From Eledone cirrhosa (taxonomy: Eukaryota): a stretch of DNA of 64,000 nt. Both the position numbers and the translations under genes were made by a program. Positions 10,893-24,180 of this stretch are shown piece after piece (position 1 is the stretch's first letter; every line of letters starts with the position of its first letter). The notes beneath the pieces are model-generated. The model saw only the letters and a list, made by a program, of their open reading frames with translations. It did no database searches and had not been told where the DNA came from. The stretch is taken from positions 17,546,001 through 17,610,000 of the forward strand of contig OZ024749.1 of assembly GCA_964016885.1 (NCBI GenBank), written 5' to 3'.

Positions 10893-12370
10893 CACGTATG
10901 TGCAACCTGCGGCCCGTGAAGCTTTCTGAATGGCTCGCCTAAGTTACCTAAGTGAAATATTTCAGATTTTTTTACCCCAACTTTTCAGTCGTAATTTATC
11001 TTTCTAACATTTTTACGATCGAGGAAAACAACGTGTACGAATCCTGAAGAAACAAATCAAACAACGTGCGAATTGCAAGCTGCAACTTGGCGAACGGATT
11101 ATACCCACGTGGATGAGCCTAGCTCGCTGAGTGAGCTAGCAGAATTGCAGTAAGTGCAGTAGCTTTCTCATTACAAGCTATTTCGGCATCTGAAGACTTA
11201 CAATTGAAAAAAATCAAAAAAGGAATAATTTTTTTTTAAGACAAAGCTGCCGGAAAACAGAGACGATTCTGTTGTTTGTTGCTTACCGCAGGACTAAGGA
11301 GATGGCGACGAGATTATGGATGAGCGGAGAAGTAACAGAGCTTTTACCGGTGAAGGTGACGTTGTCGCCTGGATGCGAAAGGTTCGGCTGGTAGCTGAGC
11401 TGCAAAAGATAGACGATGTAGCGGGCCTCATCGCACACAATCTCGAAGACGACGCGCTAGCGTTGTACCTCGACATGGACGACCTCAGCCAGAGAGACGC
11501 GCAAAAAATTGAGCGGCGTATGATGGAAGCGTTCACGGAAGGACCCGCTTACCGCGTTTGCTAAACTAGCAAGGATTAGGTGGAACGGTGAGCGTGTGGA
11601 TATTTTTGCAGCGGAGATAAGGCGATTGGCATGCTGGCTGGGTTTCAGGTGGAATGCGAACATGCGATGCGGTTGGCGTTCATAAACGGACTTCCGGAGG
11701 ATATCGCGGTGAAACTGCAGAAAATACCTGGCTACAAGCAAACGGAGATGTGTGCACTGATAGAGCAAGCCCGCATCATAGCAGAGGATTCCAAGAAGAG
11801 TGATGCGATAATAGCAGCGACGGAGGTCCGGGGCAGCCGACAGCGAAGGGAGACAAACACGGCGCGCAGTCCCCCGCGAATGTTTAGAGGTCGTTGTTTT
11901 ATGTGCCAGGGCGCGCACATGGCGAGAGACTGTAGAGAGTCAAGGCCAGACATAATTTGCTACCGGTGTAAGCGGCCAGGCCACATCGCTACCAGTTGCG
12001 ACCAGGGAAATGGTCCAAAGGGGGCTACTGCGCCGGTAGCTACCCCTCGCGAGTAGAGGCTTTGCCCATGGTGAAAATCTTTGTGAGGGGAAAGCCATTA
12101 CGAGCTCTCGTGGACACTGGCTGTACGACGACACTACTGACCACGGGGGTGGTGCAGAAGTGGAGAGGGAAGAGTAGCGTAAAGGCGCATCCGTGGGCCC
12201 TCTCCGCGACGGACAGACGTGTGAATTGCGAGCTGCAACTTGGCGAACGGATTATACCCACGTGGATGAGCCTAGCTCGCTGAGTGAGCTAGCAGAATTG
12301 CGGTAAGTGCAGTAGCTTTCTCATTACAATCTCTTGCGGCCCGCTTCTCGAAAAAGGTTGCCCATACTTG
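10893..12370. mobile_element. hAT-like non-autonomous element hosting a gag-protease insert
   Basis: Imperfect TIRs CACGTATGTGCAACCT and AGGTTGCCCATACTTG with subterminal tgcggcccg motifs. The TSD is not clean. Confidence 0.6.
11064..12329 (+). mobile_element. Short-repeat Ty3/Gypsy-like mini element (gag plus partial protease)
   Basis: Direct repeats of about 113 bp at 11064-11177 and 12217-12329. Gag 11316-12056 has one frameshift and two CCHC knuckles. Protease motif ALVDTGC lies in the -1 frame, and there is no RT or integrase. Confidence 0.8.
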
Positions 12371-12822
12371 GTATATATATAGATGCATATATATACGTTG
12401 GGTAGCACCTGTGTGTGCGTTTATGTCTCATAAGATAGTGTTTCGATTTTGAAAAATGTTCGATAAAGTATTTTAGGAGGTGATCAATTGTTTGATAAGC
12501 AAAGCAACATTTTGATTTCTATTTTAATTTACACTCAAGAGGTGCAACACGGAATACTGAGCCAGAAAACCTGAGTAGTGTCACCTATAACTAGAAATAC
12601 AATGAATTACCAGGACTTCACTGACCGTTTCCTTACCGAGCCGGTGACTTCCGAGACCGCTGGTATTCTCGGTTATCCTGGACTGTCGTTTTTCTCCATA
12701 AAATGCATGAGAATGAAAGCCCGGTGAGATAGAGTGGATGATGTAGCCTGTGTTGCTGGTTGTTTTCTGGAGCAATGCCTTTGCCATGTTTTTTCTGCGA
12801 ATTACAGCTGAGATACAGTGAT

Positions 12823-13114
12823 CACTCTTCGGTCTCAAATAATCGTACCAGCCCCATGCTTATTAATTTTTCAGATATTTTCCAACCGCTTATCAAATTT
12901 TGCTAATCTCTCTCAGGTGAAATTTTATATTAAGTGGTAGCATTCCTCTGATAATTTTTTTAGTCATCAAAACCCATTATATATGACAATAAATAGGATG
13001 GTTTGGTGTCTCAATATGTAAACTAATCAACTAATTCTTCTGTCTAAAAAATATCAAGGGAGACAACATAGAAAAATTACCCCCCTCCCCCCTATTATTT
13101 GGGAGCCGAGAGTA
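12823..13114. mobile_element. Possible MITE
   Basis: Imperfect inverted ends cactcttcggtctcaaataat and attatttgggagccgagagta. Confidence 0.4.
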
Positions 13115-13274
13115 AGTGTTTCATTATGATTTATTCAAAGTATATCATTTAAAGAATTAAACATAAAAACAAACATATTCAATATAGAAAATCTCACAAT
13201 ACCACGAAAAACCATGGACCTTGTATAAAGATTATTGAACAGTATCAAATTAATAACACTATGAGAGGAAACAA

Positions 13275-13740
13275 AAAAGGGGGGAATGAAAAGGAATCAC
13301 GTAGCGAAAGAAAGGGAGTGGGAAAAGAACAGACAATAGACCCCAGTCTGAGCAGTGCCTTAGCCATGCCCCGTGGTCAAAATGGAAAATACATTACCGC
13401 GGAGAATGACCAGAGACACCCACTGCACCAACCACCACACCTCCGAGGTTCTCTCCTTAGCCGGACCGCCGTCAGTTTCAATTAAAATATAAAATAATTT
13501 AAAAGAAGAGAATACAGATATATCTCTGTATTTTAATTGAAACAGATGGTGGCCTGCTTAAGGGGGGATTCCTGTGAGGTGGTGTGGCTGGTGTAGCAGG
13601 TGTCTCTGGCCCTTCTCTGCAGTAATCTATTTTCCATGTTGACCACGGGGCACGGCTGAGCCACCATTCAAACTGGAGACTAGAATCTGTCCTCCCCCCT
13701 CTCCATTTCTTTTTACTTTTCATTTCATTCCCCCCTTTAG
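13275..13740. repeat. Long diverged inverted repeat
   Basis: Arms at about 13275-13490 and 13527-13740, for example gccccgtggtcaaaatggaaaata versus tattttccatgttgaccacggggc. Confidence 0.8.
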
Positions 13741-15120
13741 TAGATCGATATAGTTGCACTTACCTAATTAGATAGATGAGTTACTGCTTATCGACGTCTT
13801 TCATCAAGTCTTTCATTCTGTTGAGAATACTTTTATTTCCAAGGCGGTGAATTGACAGAAAATTCCTTGTGGTATTCCTTCAAGATCTGCGCTCTGTGTT
13901 CAAATACCACCGAAGTCAACTTTGATTTTCATCCTATCGAGATCAACAAAATAGAAGTAGCAGTCGAGTACTGGGATCGATTCTTCCTCTATATCTCTGT
14001 ATCACATACACACTCACTCTCTTGTTCCCCGTATCTATCTATCCTTTTCTGGAAGAAATTGACTGTGAAACCAATCCAGTCCAGGGTAGCTTCTCCTTTC
14101 ATCCTTACGGGGTCTATAAAACAAAGTACTAGTAACGCACTAAGGTAGGTTTATTTTAGTCTATGAACATTACAGCCGACCCTCATATGTACGAAGATAT
14201 TTCTATAGTAAAAATACCAGAAGTGAAAAAATATATATATAGTGCAACACTTCAACGAAAATATATATACACATATATGTTTGTGTGTAGAGACAGAACG
14301 TACCACTAAATACAAAATATGTTTGAATAGCATTCAGCGTGTTATAAAATCACACAGTTTTGATATGTAATGTATAAACATGTTTGAAGAGATGTGAATT
14401 TCCCATACATTAATTACAATTAATTTTAGTCCTCGACCTTTCAGTAAATGTCTTTGAATTCTTCTGTACATGTTCTCCACTGATGTCAAACGTTAAACTA
14501 TTTGACAATCAAGAACGATAACTCAGAATGACAACTATTATCCGTCGCTGAGTTGTTTCCCAAGGGTGAGTGTGTGTGTGTCTACTTGTGTTTATATATG
14601 TATACTTGTATACATACATGCTGATGTCTACAACCCGATTTCGAGTAATGCCATCGCTTGATACTTAAGTATAAACAAACAACACGGACGTAGCGTTTTA
14701 GTCCTACAAGGGACTTGCCTATGGCCAGGAAGGCTAAGCATCGTAAAAATGTCACATATCACGCGATGCCTGTGCTCAAAGCTTTTTTAAGTGATGAAAG
14801 GTTTAGCAGGGGTCAAATCCCACTCTCTGAACATCGAATGTATTTAACCAAAACTTACAATTGGTCTACATCATTGGGTGCAAACGAAGTCACAAACTTT
14901 ATAACAGTGTGACCTTCTAGAGAGATGTCTTAATGAAGAGCAGGAATGTGACCATGCAACACCCACCCCACCCTACTGGGCTCCTTCCTCACGTGTCTTT
15001 CCAATAGTGTATACATAGCATCTATACAGTATACATATATATGTATAGTATATATAGGTTGCGAGGACCCCTATGTAGTATCAAAGACATTACAAAATCT
15101 CTAGTGTTGGTGATCTACAC

Positions 15121-15334
15121 CAGGCATGTAAAAAATGAAATGCGGCCTGCGGCCCTTTACAAGCCCACCTGAGGCCCGCACAAATGTTTTTACAGCTGAA
15201 GCATGTTTTATCTTTGTAATATAAAGTAAAGAAAAATTAGTTGTAATATGCGCAATTGGTTGTCGTGTGCGGCCCTCAGACAACACAAATGTGACCCATA
15301 TGGTCCTCGGGGTACCCTCAGTTTGACATGCCTG
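15121..15334. mobile_element. hAT-type MITE
   Basis: TIRs CAGGCATGT and ACATGCCTG, 8-bp TSD atctacac/atctacat, and gcggccc subterminal motifs. Confidence 0.85.
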
Positions 15335-15793
15335 ATCTACATGATAAACGTACCCAGTACATGCCTTAATGTGGGTGTGATAGGAAGCGTTTCTAATCAC
15401 AGAGAGCTTACCAAAGAAGGGTTTTGAGGACCCTTTAGTTGTGTCAAGGGCATGGCAACCTCCGTAGTGTTGGGGTCTACATAAATACACCCAGTATGTG
15501 ATGTAAAGTTGTTGGTGGTAGGGTACTCAGCCACACAAAACTCGCCCAACAAAAGGTTGGGAGGTCGGTTCAGTTGTGTTGAAGACATGACACCAACATT
15601 AGTAATGGTGCCACAATACAATACACTCAGTAGAATGTGGGACAATATGTAAACGAGGTGTGGACCATCCACTCCATTCTGGTTTGCGAAGACCTGACCA
15701 ATCCTTGCTAGCAGGGAAAGTGGATGTTAAATGATGATGATGAGCTGTGACGTTACTGGTACCAAGCTGTTTCAGACTTTACATAGCACGATG

Positions 15794-15831
<38 letters not shown>

Positions 15832-15922
15832 CAAAAAAAATGAATTAAAACATATTTAGCATTTTGTGTTTCTCAATTAGGAAGCTCAATAGACAATATC
15901 TTGAGCCATAATAACTAAACGA

Positions 15923-15984
<62 letters not shown>

Positions 15985-16099
15985 ATATAATATTAATATG
16001 ACGGAACTAGCAAGGGTATCACTGCTAGGAATGATTGCATCTCAGTGTACTCAATAGGTCATGTTAAAAAACTCCCAGAGTATATTTAACATGTACTTC

Positions 16100-16615
16100 A
16101 AAATCAATCGATTGGATCATTGCTCCAATGGATGCACTCGATCAAACAGAGCCCCCAGCATGTATTTCAAGCTGCGCTTGTACACTAGCATTGTACTTCC
16201 CGTGGCCATCTCTGACTGTGAAACATGGAAACACACTGTGAAGATTGATAGGTATCTAAAAACTTTCCATCAGAGGAGCCTGCGTAGGATTGTAAAGGTC
16301 AGCTGGTAAGATCCTGTGGAAAGCAGGGTCACATACACTGCAGGAGATAATCCTGAATGTTGGTTCCATGTTGCAGGTGACATTCTGCACCCCCCAGAAG
16401 ATCACCCAAAACAGCGATGACATGGATTCCCCTTGAAGGCAAGTGGAAAAGAGGCCAGCCGCAAATGAGCTAGTGGTATACATTCCAAAGTGTCCCACAA
16501 ACTGTCAACATCAGCTGGCATGGATGTCAACAAGCTGTAACCAACTGAAATCATTGGAGACAATTAGTTGACATATATTCCTGATGGAACAATCTGGACT
16601 AAGAACTAAAGAGCT
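16100..16615 (+). mobile_element. Degenerate RTE-group LINE 3' fragment
   Basis: Encodes KLRLYTSIVLPVAISDCETW..FHQRSLRRIVKVSW. Paralog at 40890-41410. Confidence 0.75.
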
Positions 16616-16994
16616 ATACATACCATGTTATCACTATATATTCAGTACACACGATATATATAGACTATATGATGTTGTCCAAAGGTAAGTCAAAGGCCGA
16701 TATAGCTTGGAACCAGAGTTGTCACAACTTATTTTTTTCCAGCTGATTGAACTGAATCAACATGAAATAAAATGTTTTATTGTACGACAGAACATGCTGC
16801 CCAGGAATTGAACTCACAAGTTTATCATTGAGTCCAACACCCTAACCAATACTCTATTACCTTTTACTCATGATTTAAAGGGACCTTGGGGGAAAAACAG
16901 CAATAATACACCATTGAGATGATCAACTGGTCAATCTATCAAATAAAATGACCATCATCATCATCATTCACTGTCCACTATCACTAAAACATAG

Positions 16995-17200
16995 GAAGAC
17001 ATGTAGCTTAGTGGTAAGAGAATTGGACTGACAACCATGAGTTCAATTCCTAGACAAGGTAATGTGTTAAGTCCTTCAGCAAGACACTTTATTTCACCTT
17101 GCTCTATCTGCCAGGAGTTACAACTGGTAGATTGTAGATTACATCCTCAATTGGAAAGTCCAATGGAAACATTGTTTCCTTGGCCCAATCTGATGAGTTC
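16995..17200 (+). mobile_element. Second SINE family (tRNA head, CORE-like body)
   Basis: A-box-like tagcttagtggtaagag, B-box-like gagttcaattcc, and body caagacactttatttcac. Relatives at 40620-40835 and 32390-32665. Confidence 0.65.
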
Positions 17201-17344
17201 CACTCCACTTGGTAAGTAAGGTCTGAGATGTTGAGTTTTATTACAAAAAGAAAAAAATTACTAAAATCAAGATACTGGGTTGGTATAGCTACCTGGTTTG
17301 GATGTGTTGTGTTGTGGTATGATGTGTGTCTGTTGTGTGGGATG

Positions 17345-17392
<48 letters not shown>

Positions 17393-18562
17393 TGATGTAG
17401 TGTGTAGTGTATAGAGGAAATTTTAGGACTCTACCCCTACAACCCTCTCAGGAATAAATGAGTAAAGATAAAGAGAAGAAAGTTGTAAAGTATTTTCATT
17501 TGTTAATTATTTTTAAAAGTCCTAATTTGAACTGTCATGACCATACCATCCAACAAATACTGAAGTTATAAAATTGTTTTATTTAAACATATATGTAGAT
17601 ATTTTGTCACAAATATGAATATAAACCATTTAAGGTTTATAAAATAAACACATTGAAGAGAATGAGAGAGAGGAAGTGAGAAAGAAATATAGAGAGGAAG
17701 AACAGACCCCAGTGGTAGACTGGTACTTTTTTCTTATCAACCTTGAATAGATGAAAGGCAAAGTTGTCCTCAACAGGATTTAAAATCAGAGCAGAGAACC
17801 AGAACAAATATGGCAGAAAGCATTCTATCTATTGTTTTATAGACCTTAAATAACTGTTTCCACTTTTAACTCAAGGCCAGTAATTGGAACGGAAGGAGAA
17901 AGTTGATTAAATCAACCCCAGTGGATTACTGGTACTTTATTTTACTGAACCTCCGAGGAAGAAAATTAAAGCTAACCTCAGCAAGATTTTAATACAGAAT
18001 GTAAAGGGATGTAACTATATGACACTCTACTGATTCTGCCAATACACCACCCTCAACAATGAGGTGTCTCTATAAGAAACCTTAATGACAAATAATATGA
18101 AGTGGAACTTCCTCCAGAGTGTATTTGTGGATTACAATACAAAACCTCTGAGAATGATTTCCAACATATTTCACCATAATAAATGTTCATTAATATATAT
18201 TATTATCATTATTATTATTTATTAGGTCAGGTGGATTGGCCAGAACAATTCTACTCTCCTTTTTTAGATGTCACAATCTTTCATAGCATTCCTGAGATCA
18301 TTAATCTCCAGCTGAACATCCAGAGACATCTGATCTATGTAGATCAATCTCAGTCATCCCACTAGGGTCTTACTATGTTTAGGTATCCACCACAGGAGCC
18401 AGCTCATCAGGTCATCCTACCCTCAGTAGCAATGTCCAGCATATCTTGTCCTCCGCTCGCTAGTTATTGTGGTAATCATCGATATATGGGAGTATATTTC
18501 TTCCGCTTGAGTGAGGTATATATACACATACATATATATGTTGTGATGTATAAGAGAAGATT

Positions 18563-19177
18563 TCATATTTCACACGAATAAGGTTTTTTTCCATTATGTG
18601 TTCTTCTATATCTTTTCAAGACACAGCTCAAGGCAAAATATTTGTCACATGTTTCACAGTGGAAGGGTTTCTCTCCAGTGTGTATAGTCATATGTCTTTT
18701 CAAGTCACCACTCAACGCAAAAGATTTCCCACATATTTCATAATGGTAGGGTTTTTCTCCAGTATGACTCCACATGTGGATGACAAGATTAGAATTATAA
18801 GTAAAATATTCCCCACATATTTTACAGTGGAAGGGTTTTTCTCCAGTGTGTATTCTTTTGTGTTCTACAAGGTTAGAACCAGAAGAAAAAGATTTACCAC
18901 ATATTTCACATGAATAAGATTTATCTCCCGTGTGTATTCTTTTGTGATCTCCAAGATGGACCTTCTGAAAGAAAGATTTCCCACATATTTCACATGAAAA
19001 AGTTTTTTCCCCTGCGTGTATTCCTTTGTGTTTTACAAAATTAGAACCATGTGAAAAAGATTTTCCACATATTTCACATTGGAAGGGTTTTTCTCCAGTG
19101 TGTATTTTCTCGTGTGAGGTTAGATTCAGTTTTGAAGGGAAAGTTTTCCTGCAAATCTCACAGCTATATTCAGACAT
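18563..19177 (-). CDS. C2H2 zinc-finger unit 3, 204 aa
   Basis: Uninterrupted ORF starting MSEYSCEIC, with five canonical fingers and two carrying zinc-ligand substitutions. Ends YSCEI*. Confidence 0.8.
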   Translation of the reverse strand: MSEYSCEICRKTFPSKLNLTSHEKIHTGEKPFQCEICGKSFSHGSNFVKHKGIHAGEKTFSCEICGKSFFQKVHLGDHKRIHTGDKSYSCEICGKSFSSGSNLVEHKRIHTGEKPFHCKICGEYFTYNSNLVIHMWSHTGEKPYHYEICGKSFALSGDLKRHMTIHTGEKPFHCETCDKYFALSCVLKRYRRTHNGKKPYSCEI

Positions 19178-19789
19178 ATTTCTAGCTAGTGATCTTTACA
19201 TAAAGGATTCTCACCACTTTTACTTATATATTAAGAAATGTAGATATCGTTAATATATGGTATGTAGTCTAATATACAAAGGGTCCATAAAAGACTGCAG
19301 AACTCCGCTTTCTTCTTCTACAAAGTCGTATTGTAGCATTTAATTGGTACAAGTAATAAGATAAATGACAGTCCAAGATTGATTTTAGACGAAGAAAATT
19401 CAAGCGTATATTATATAATTCAATCAGAGAGAGCGAGAGGGGTGCGATAGAGAGATGTGTGTGTGTGTATAGAAATATGTGTGTACGTGTTGTAATAAAA
19501 GATATTTCACTTCAGATAGAAAAGATCACAATGTTTGTGTTGTGGTGGAAAACGAAATAATACGTACTTTGGTTTTCAAGACCAAATATAAAGTCAAGAA
19601 AATTTAGTAAAAACTAAATGTTCACTGATTTCTGATTAAAAAGACATTTTCCTGCCTCGTAAAATGTTGAACAACCACCTCAATATTTAATAATACAGGT
19701 GAGAAAACAACAACTATAAGGTAAATAAGTCACCTTATGTTATTTATAAACATTAACATTCACCTTAATATGAAATAATCATCATAAAA

Positions 19790-20200
19790 GAGGAAGCGAG
19801 GGCATCGGCTACCAGCACCCGAGTTGCTCTCGGGATCCTGAGTGCGATTTTCCAGCACCACCTGAGCCAAGCGAGGCTTGGGCGTCAGGCAAGCTCGTTG
19901 TCTCATCTGTTGGTGTGCTAGATGGCCGTGGCTGGGCAGACAGTTTCAGCTTCAGCTTCTCCACGCTGCGAGGGCACTGGAGGTTTGACGCGTCAAGCAA
20001 ACACAGGTGAGGTGGTGGAAGCAGCTGCACCCCATCAGTTCCGGCCCCTCTCCCATCTATTCGTGGTGCTGCAGGGGATGGAGGATTGGGGGGGGGGGGC
20101 ATGAAGCGACATCATGGTGAGTGACTGGTTGTCACCAGCCTAGGTGCTAAACACAACTGTGTGGGTGGAAAGGAAAATGCTGATAAGAGGGCCTCATAGC
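19790..20200. other. GC-rich insertion of unknown origin at a unit junction
   Basis: Abrupt rise in GC where block Y breaks off. Contains a Pro/Ser-rich minus ORF 19809-20102 and may be a LINE ORF1 remnant. Confidence 0.3.
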
Positions 20201-21480
20201 TCACCTACATCAGATATGGAGGCATCAGAAGACAAGAGAGAAAAGAAAGAGATGCATGGAGGGGGACACACACACACAAGAAGGTAGAATGTTAGCAAAT
20301 AAATAAATGAATAAATGGATGAATATACAAAAAAGAAAACAATGGAAACATTGTTTCCTTGGTCCAATCTGATGAGTTCCACTCCACTTGGTAAGTAAGA
20401 ACTGAGATGTTGAGATTTGTTACCAAAAAATCACTAAAATCAAGATCCTAGGTTGGTATAAGTACCTGGTTTGTATGTGGTGTGTTGTGGTATGTGGTGT
20501 GGTTTGGTGTTGAGGTGTTTTGATGTGGTGTGTGTGTGTGCAGGGTGATGTGTAATGTAAAGAGGAAATTTTACTCACATAGGACCTAGAAGGGGTGTGC
20601 GAGGACTCTACCCCCTACAACCCTCTCAGAAATAAATTGGTGAAGAAAAAGAGAAGAAAGTTGTAAAGTATTTTCAAATTTGAATTATTTTTTTAAAAAG
20701 TCAAAATTTCAACTGTAATGAAAGTACATTCCAACAAATATTAAAGTTATGCAATTGTTTTTATTTACACATGTGGATATTTTGTCATAAATATAAATAT
20801 AAACCAGTTAAGGATTACAATATAAACACATCAATTTTTTTTTAATGATGTCACTGTGGCATTTGAAGCTTGGTGGAGCCCTTCATTCTCCAGGTTTGAA
20901 CAGTTTTCTTCCAGAGAAGAAGAGAGACTTAGAGAAAGGAAGTGAGATAGAAATATAGAGAGGAAGAACAGACCCCAGTGATAGACTGGTATTGTTTTTT
21001 ATCAACCTTGAATGGACGAAAGAAAGTTGACCTCAGCAGGATTTAAACTCAGAGAGCAGAGAACCAGGACAAATATGGCAGAAAGCATTCTATCTATTGT
21101 TTTATAGACTTTAAATAAATGTTTCTACTTTTGACTCAAGGCCAGCAATTTGAAGTGAAAGGGGAATGCCAATTAAATAAGGCCTAGTGCATTACTGTTA
21201 CTGTTTTTTATTAACCTTGAATGGATGAAAGTTAAAATTGACCATGGCATGATTTAAACCCATAACATAAAGGACTAACTTTATGACACTCTACTGATTC
21301 TGCAAATCCACCACCCCCAACAATGAAATTAGATTGTGTCTCTGTAAGAGCCTTAATGAGATATAACATGAAGCGGTACTTTACAGGGTGTATTTGTTAA
21401 TTACAATACAAAACCTCTGAGAATGATTTCCAACATTATAAATGTTCATCAATATATATTAATATTAATATTATTTTCTG

Positions 21481-21933
21481 CTAGCATGTGTAGTGTGCAT
21501 ATTGATATTATACGCAGGTATATATACATGTAGATATGATACATCAAATAAAATCGTAATTGACAATATATAATACATAGAAATTGAACGAAGACTGTGT
21601 TACACTGTCTTATTTAATCAGTAACGTAATCCATGATAGATTAAAAAAAGGACGATATTATATATAAACTGCATTAGGAGAGAATTAGTGACAGAAATAT
21701 ATGAATGTTTATTTAAGCGATGGCTAACTGGAATTATTGACATCTCAGAAATTTTAAAGAAGTGAATCTTTAAATAAACAAAATACATTTAATCAACAGC
21801 CACGGAATTTAGTAGATAAATTATGTAATATTCATTCATTATTTATTCAAAGTAATGCAACTTATTTTACTAATGGGATAAAAAATTATAAACAGTACGC
21901 AATACTGCGCTCCTTTCTTTATTATAGTTTAGA
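21481..21933 (-). mobile_element. Small non-autonomous Helitron-like element
   Basis: Minus strand starts A|TCTAAACTATAATAAAG and ends CTAG. Copies at 30161-30824 and 42991-43788. Absent at the homologous site near 18210. Confidence 0.65.
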
Positions 21934-22367
21934 TTTATTAGGTCATGTGGATTGGCCAGAACAATTCTACTCTTCTTTTTTAGATGTCACGATCTTCCAT
22001 GGCATTCCTGAGATCATTAATCTCCAGCTGGACATCCTGAAACATCTGATCTATGTAGGTCAATCTCAGTCATCACTCTAGTGTCTTACAATGTTTAGGT
22101 ATCCACCACAATAGCCAGATCATCCTACCCTCAGTAGCAATGTCCAGCTTATCTTGTCCTTCACCTAGTTATTATGGTAATCTTTGATATATGTCAGTAT
22201 ACTTCTTCCATTTGAGTAATGTATTAAAAAACAAAAATAATAATATATATATACACACACACAACATATATGTTGAGATGTATAAGATTTCTCAAGCTTC
22301 ACATTTTATATTCTGCCTTCCAAAGTGTGTCTATATATTTGTGTTGCATATTTCACATTGATGGGGT

Positions 22368-23531
22368 TTACCGCAAGTGTTGACTACGTAGGTGAACAAC
22401 CATTGACGAATTCTGAGTGAAAGATTTCCCACATATTTCACATGAATAAGGTTTTTCACCAGTGTGCTTTCTTTTGTGACATACAAGATGAGAATTCTGA
22501 GAAAAAGATTTCTCACATATTTCACAATGGAAGGGTGTATTCTTTTGTGATTTACAAGATTGTACTTCTGGGTGAAAGATTTCCCACATATTTCACAGTG
22601 GAAGGGTTTTTCACCAGTGTGTATTCTTTTGTGAAGTTCAAGATGAGAACTCTGAGAAAAAGATTTCCCACATATTTCACAATGGAAGGGTTTTTCTCCA
22701 GTGTGTATTCTTTTGTGAGTTTCATGTTGAGAACTCTGAGAAAATGAATTCCCACATATTTCACAATGGAAGGGTTTTTCACCTGTGTGTGTTCTTTTGT
22801 GATGTACAAGAATAAAATTATGAGAATAAGATTTCCCACATATTTCACATGAATAAGGTTTTTCACCAGTATGTATTCTTTTGTGACATACAAGATGAGA
22901 ACCACGAGAAAATGATTTCCCACATATTTCAGAATGGAAGGGTTTTTCTCCAGTGTGGCTCACTACGTGGATGACACGAGCAGAATTATTTAAGAAAGAT
23001 TTCTCACATATTTCACAGGGGAAGGGTTTTTCTCCAGTGTGACTCCGTATGTGGACGACAAGATTAGAATTATAAGTAAAAGATTTCCCACATATTTCAC
23101 AGTGGAAGGGTTTTTCTTCAGTGTGACTCTGTATGTGGACGGCAAGTGTAGAATTATTAGTGAAAGATTTTCCACATATTTCACATGAATAAGGTTTTTC
23201 TCCTGTGTGCTTTCTTTTGTGCTTTACAAGATTGTACTTCTGGGTGAAAGATTTCCCACATATTTCACAGTGGAAGGGTTTTTCACCAGTGTGTATTCTT
23301 TTATTTTTTACAAGATTTGAACTATTAGAAAAAGATTTACCACATATTTCACAATGGAAGGGTTTTTCTCCAGTGTGACACCGTATGTGGACGACAAGTG
23401 CAGAATTATTTATGAAAGATTTACCACATATATCACAATGGAAGGGTTTTTCTCTAGTGTATTTTCTCGTGTGAGGATAGTTTCAGTTTTGAAGAGGTTT
23501 TCCTGCAAATCCCACAGCTATATTCAGACAT
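22368..23531 (-). pseudogene. C2H2 zinc-finger unit 4, about 14 fingers, frameshifted
   Basis: Continuous 84-bp finger repeats are split across ORFs 22331-22963, 22368-22589 and upstream frames. Ends HLRSQHLR*. Confidence 0.85.
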
Positions 23532-23687
23532 ATTTCATAAAGGAATCTCACTACTTCCACTCATATATTAAGAAATGTAGCATTCAGTTGGTAAAGTAAT
23601 AAGATGTATGAAAGCGTAAGACTGATCTTGGAAGAAGAAAAAGCAAGTGCTAATAGATATATATATATATATATCTATTAGCACTTG

Positions 23688-23739
<52 letters not shown>

Positions 23740-23900
23740 AATATATATTTTTTATTTTTGTTAAGGCGAGAGAAGCTTTATTCACAATAACATCCTCAGC
23801 TCATAAAACAGACGAATAAGACTTCGTAATTTAAGGTTCTTGTTATTGAGGACAGTTCAGGTGACAAGAGAATTAATATCAAAAGACGAATGTTAATATA

Positions 23901-24180
23901 TAAACTGTGTCTGAGAGGGATAGAATGTAGTGTACGGGAGAGGAGACTGGGGTAGCATGGACATGTGATGCGCATGGAGGATGACCGATGGGTGAAGAAG
24001 TGCCAGGAAATGCCAGTTGAATGAAAATGTGGTGGAGGTGGTGAGAACAGACCTCAGATCATTGAAGCTCATGGTGGAGATGACGAAGGACCGTGGCGAG
24101 TGGAGAGATGCTGTGCTGAATAAGACCCGTCCCACCCTTGCAAGCAGGGAAAAGCGGACGTAAAATGATGATGATGATGA
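23901..24180 (+). mobile_element. RTE LINE 3' fragment
   Basis: Highly similar to 60680-60988 with small deletions. Has a (GAT)n tail and sits in a TA run of block Y. Confidence 0.85.

Noticed and set aside
14700-15680. Possible transposase remnant around the hAT MITE
   Set aside because: I could not recognise a catalytic motif or termini by eye.
20340-20410. Hairpin plus CTGATGA..CTGA in block X, resembling a hammerhead core or C/D box RNA
   Set aside because: No GAAA follows the putative stem II, and the C-to-D spacing is only about 26 nt. The boxes are mutated in the copies at about 2243, 28964 and 50011. The hairpin matches a SINE tail.
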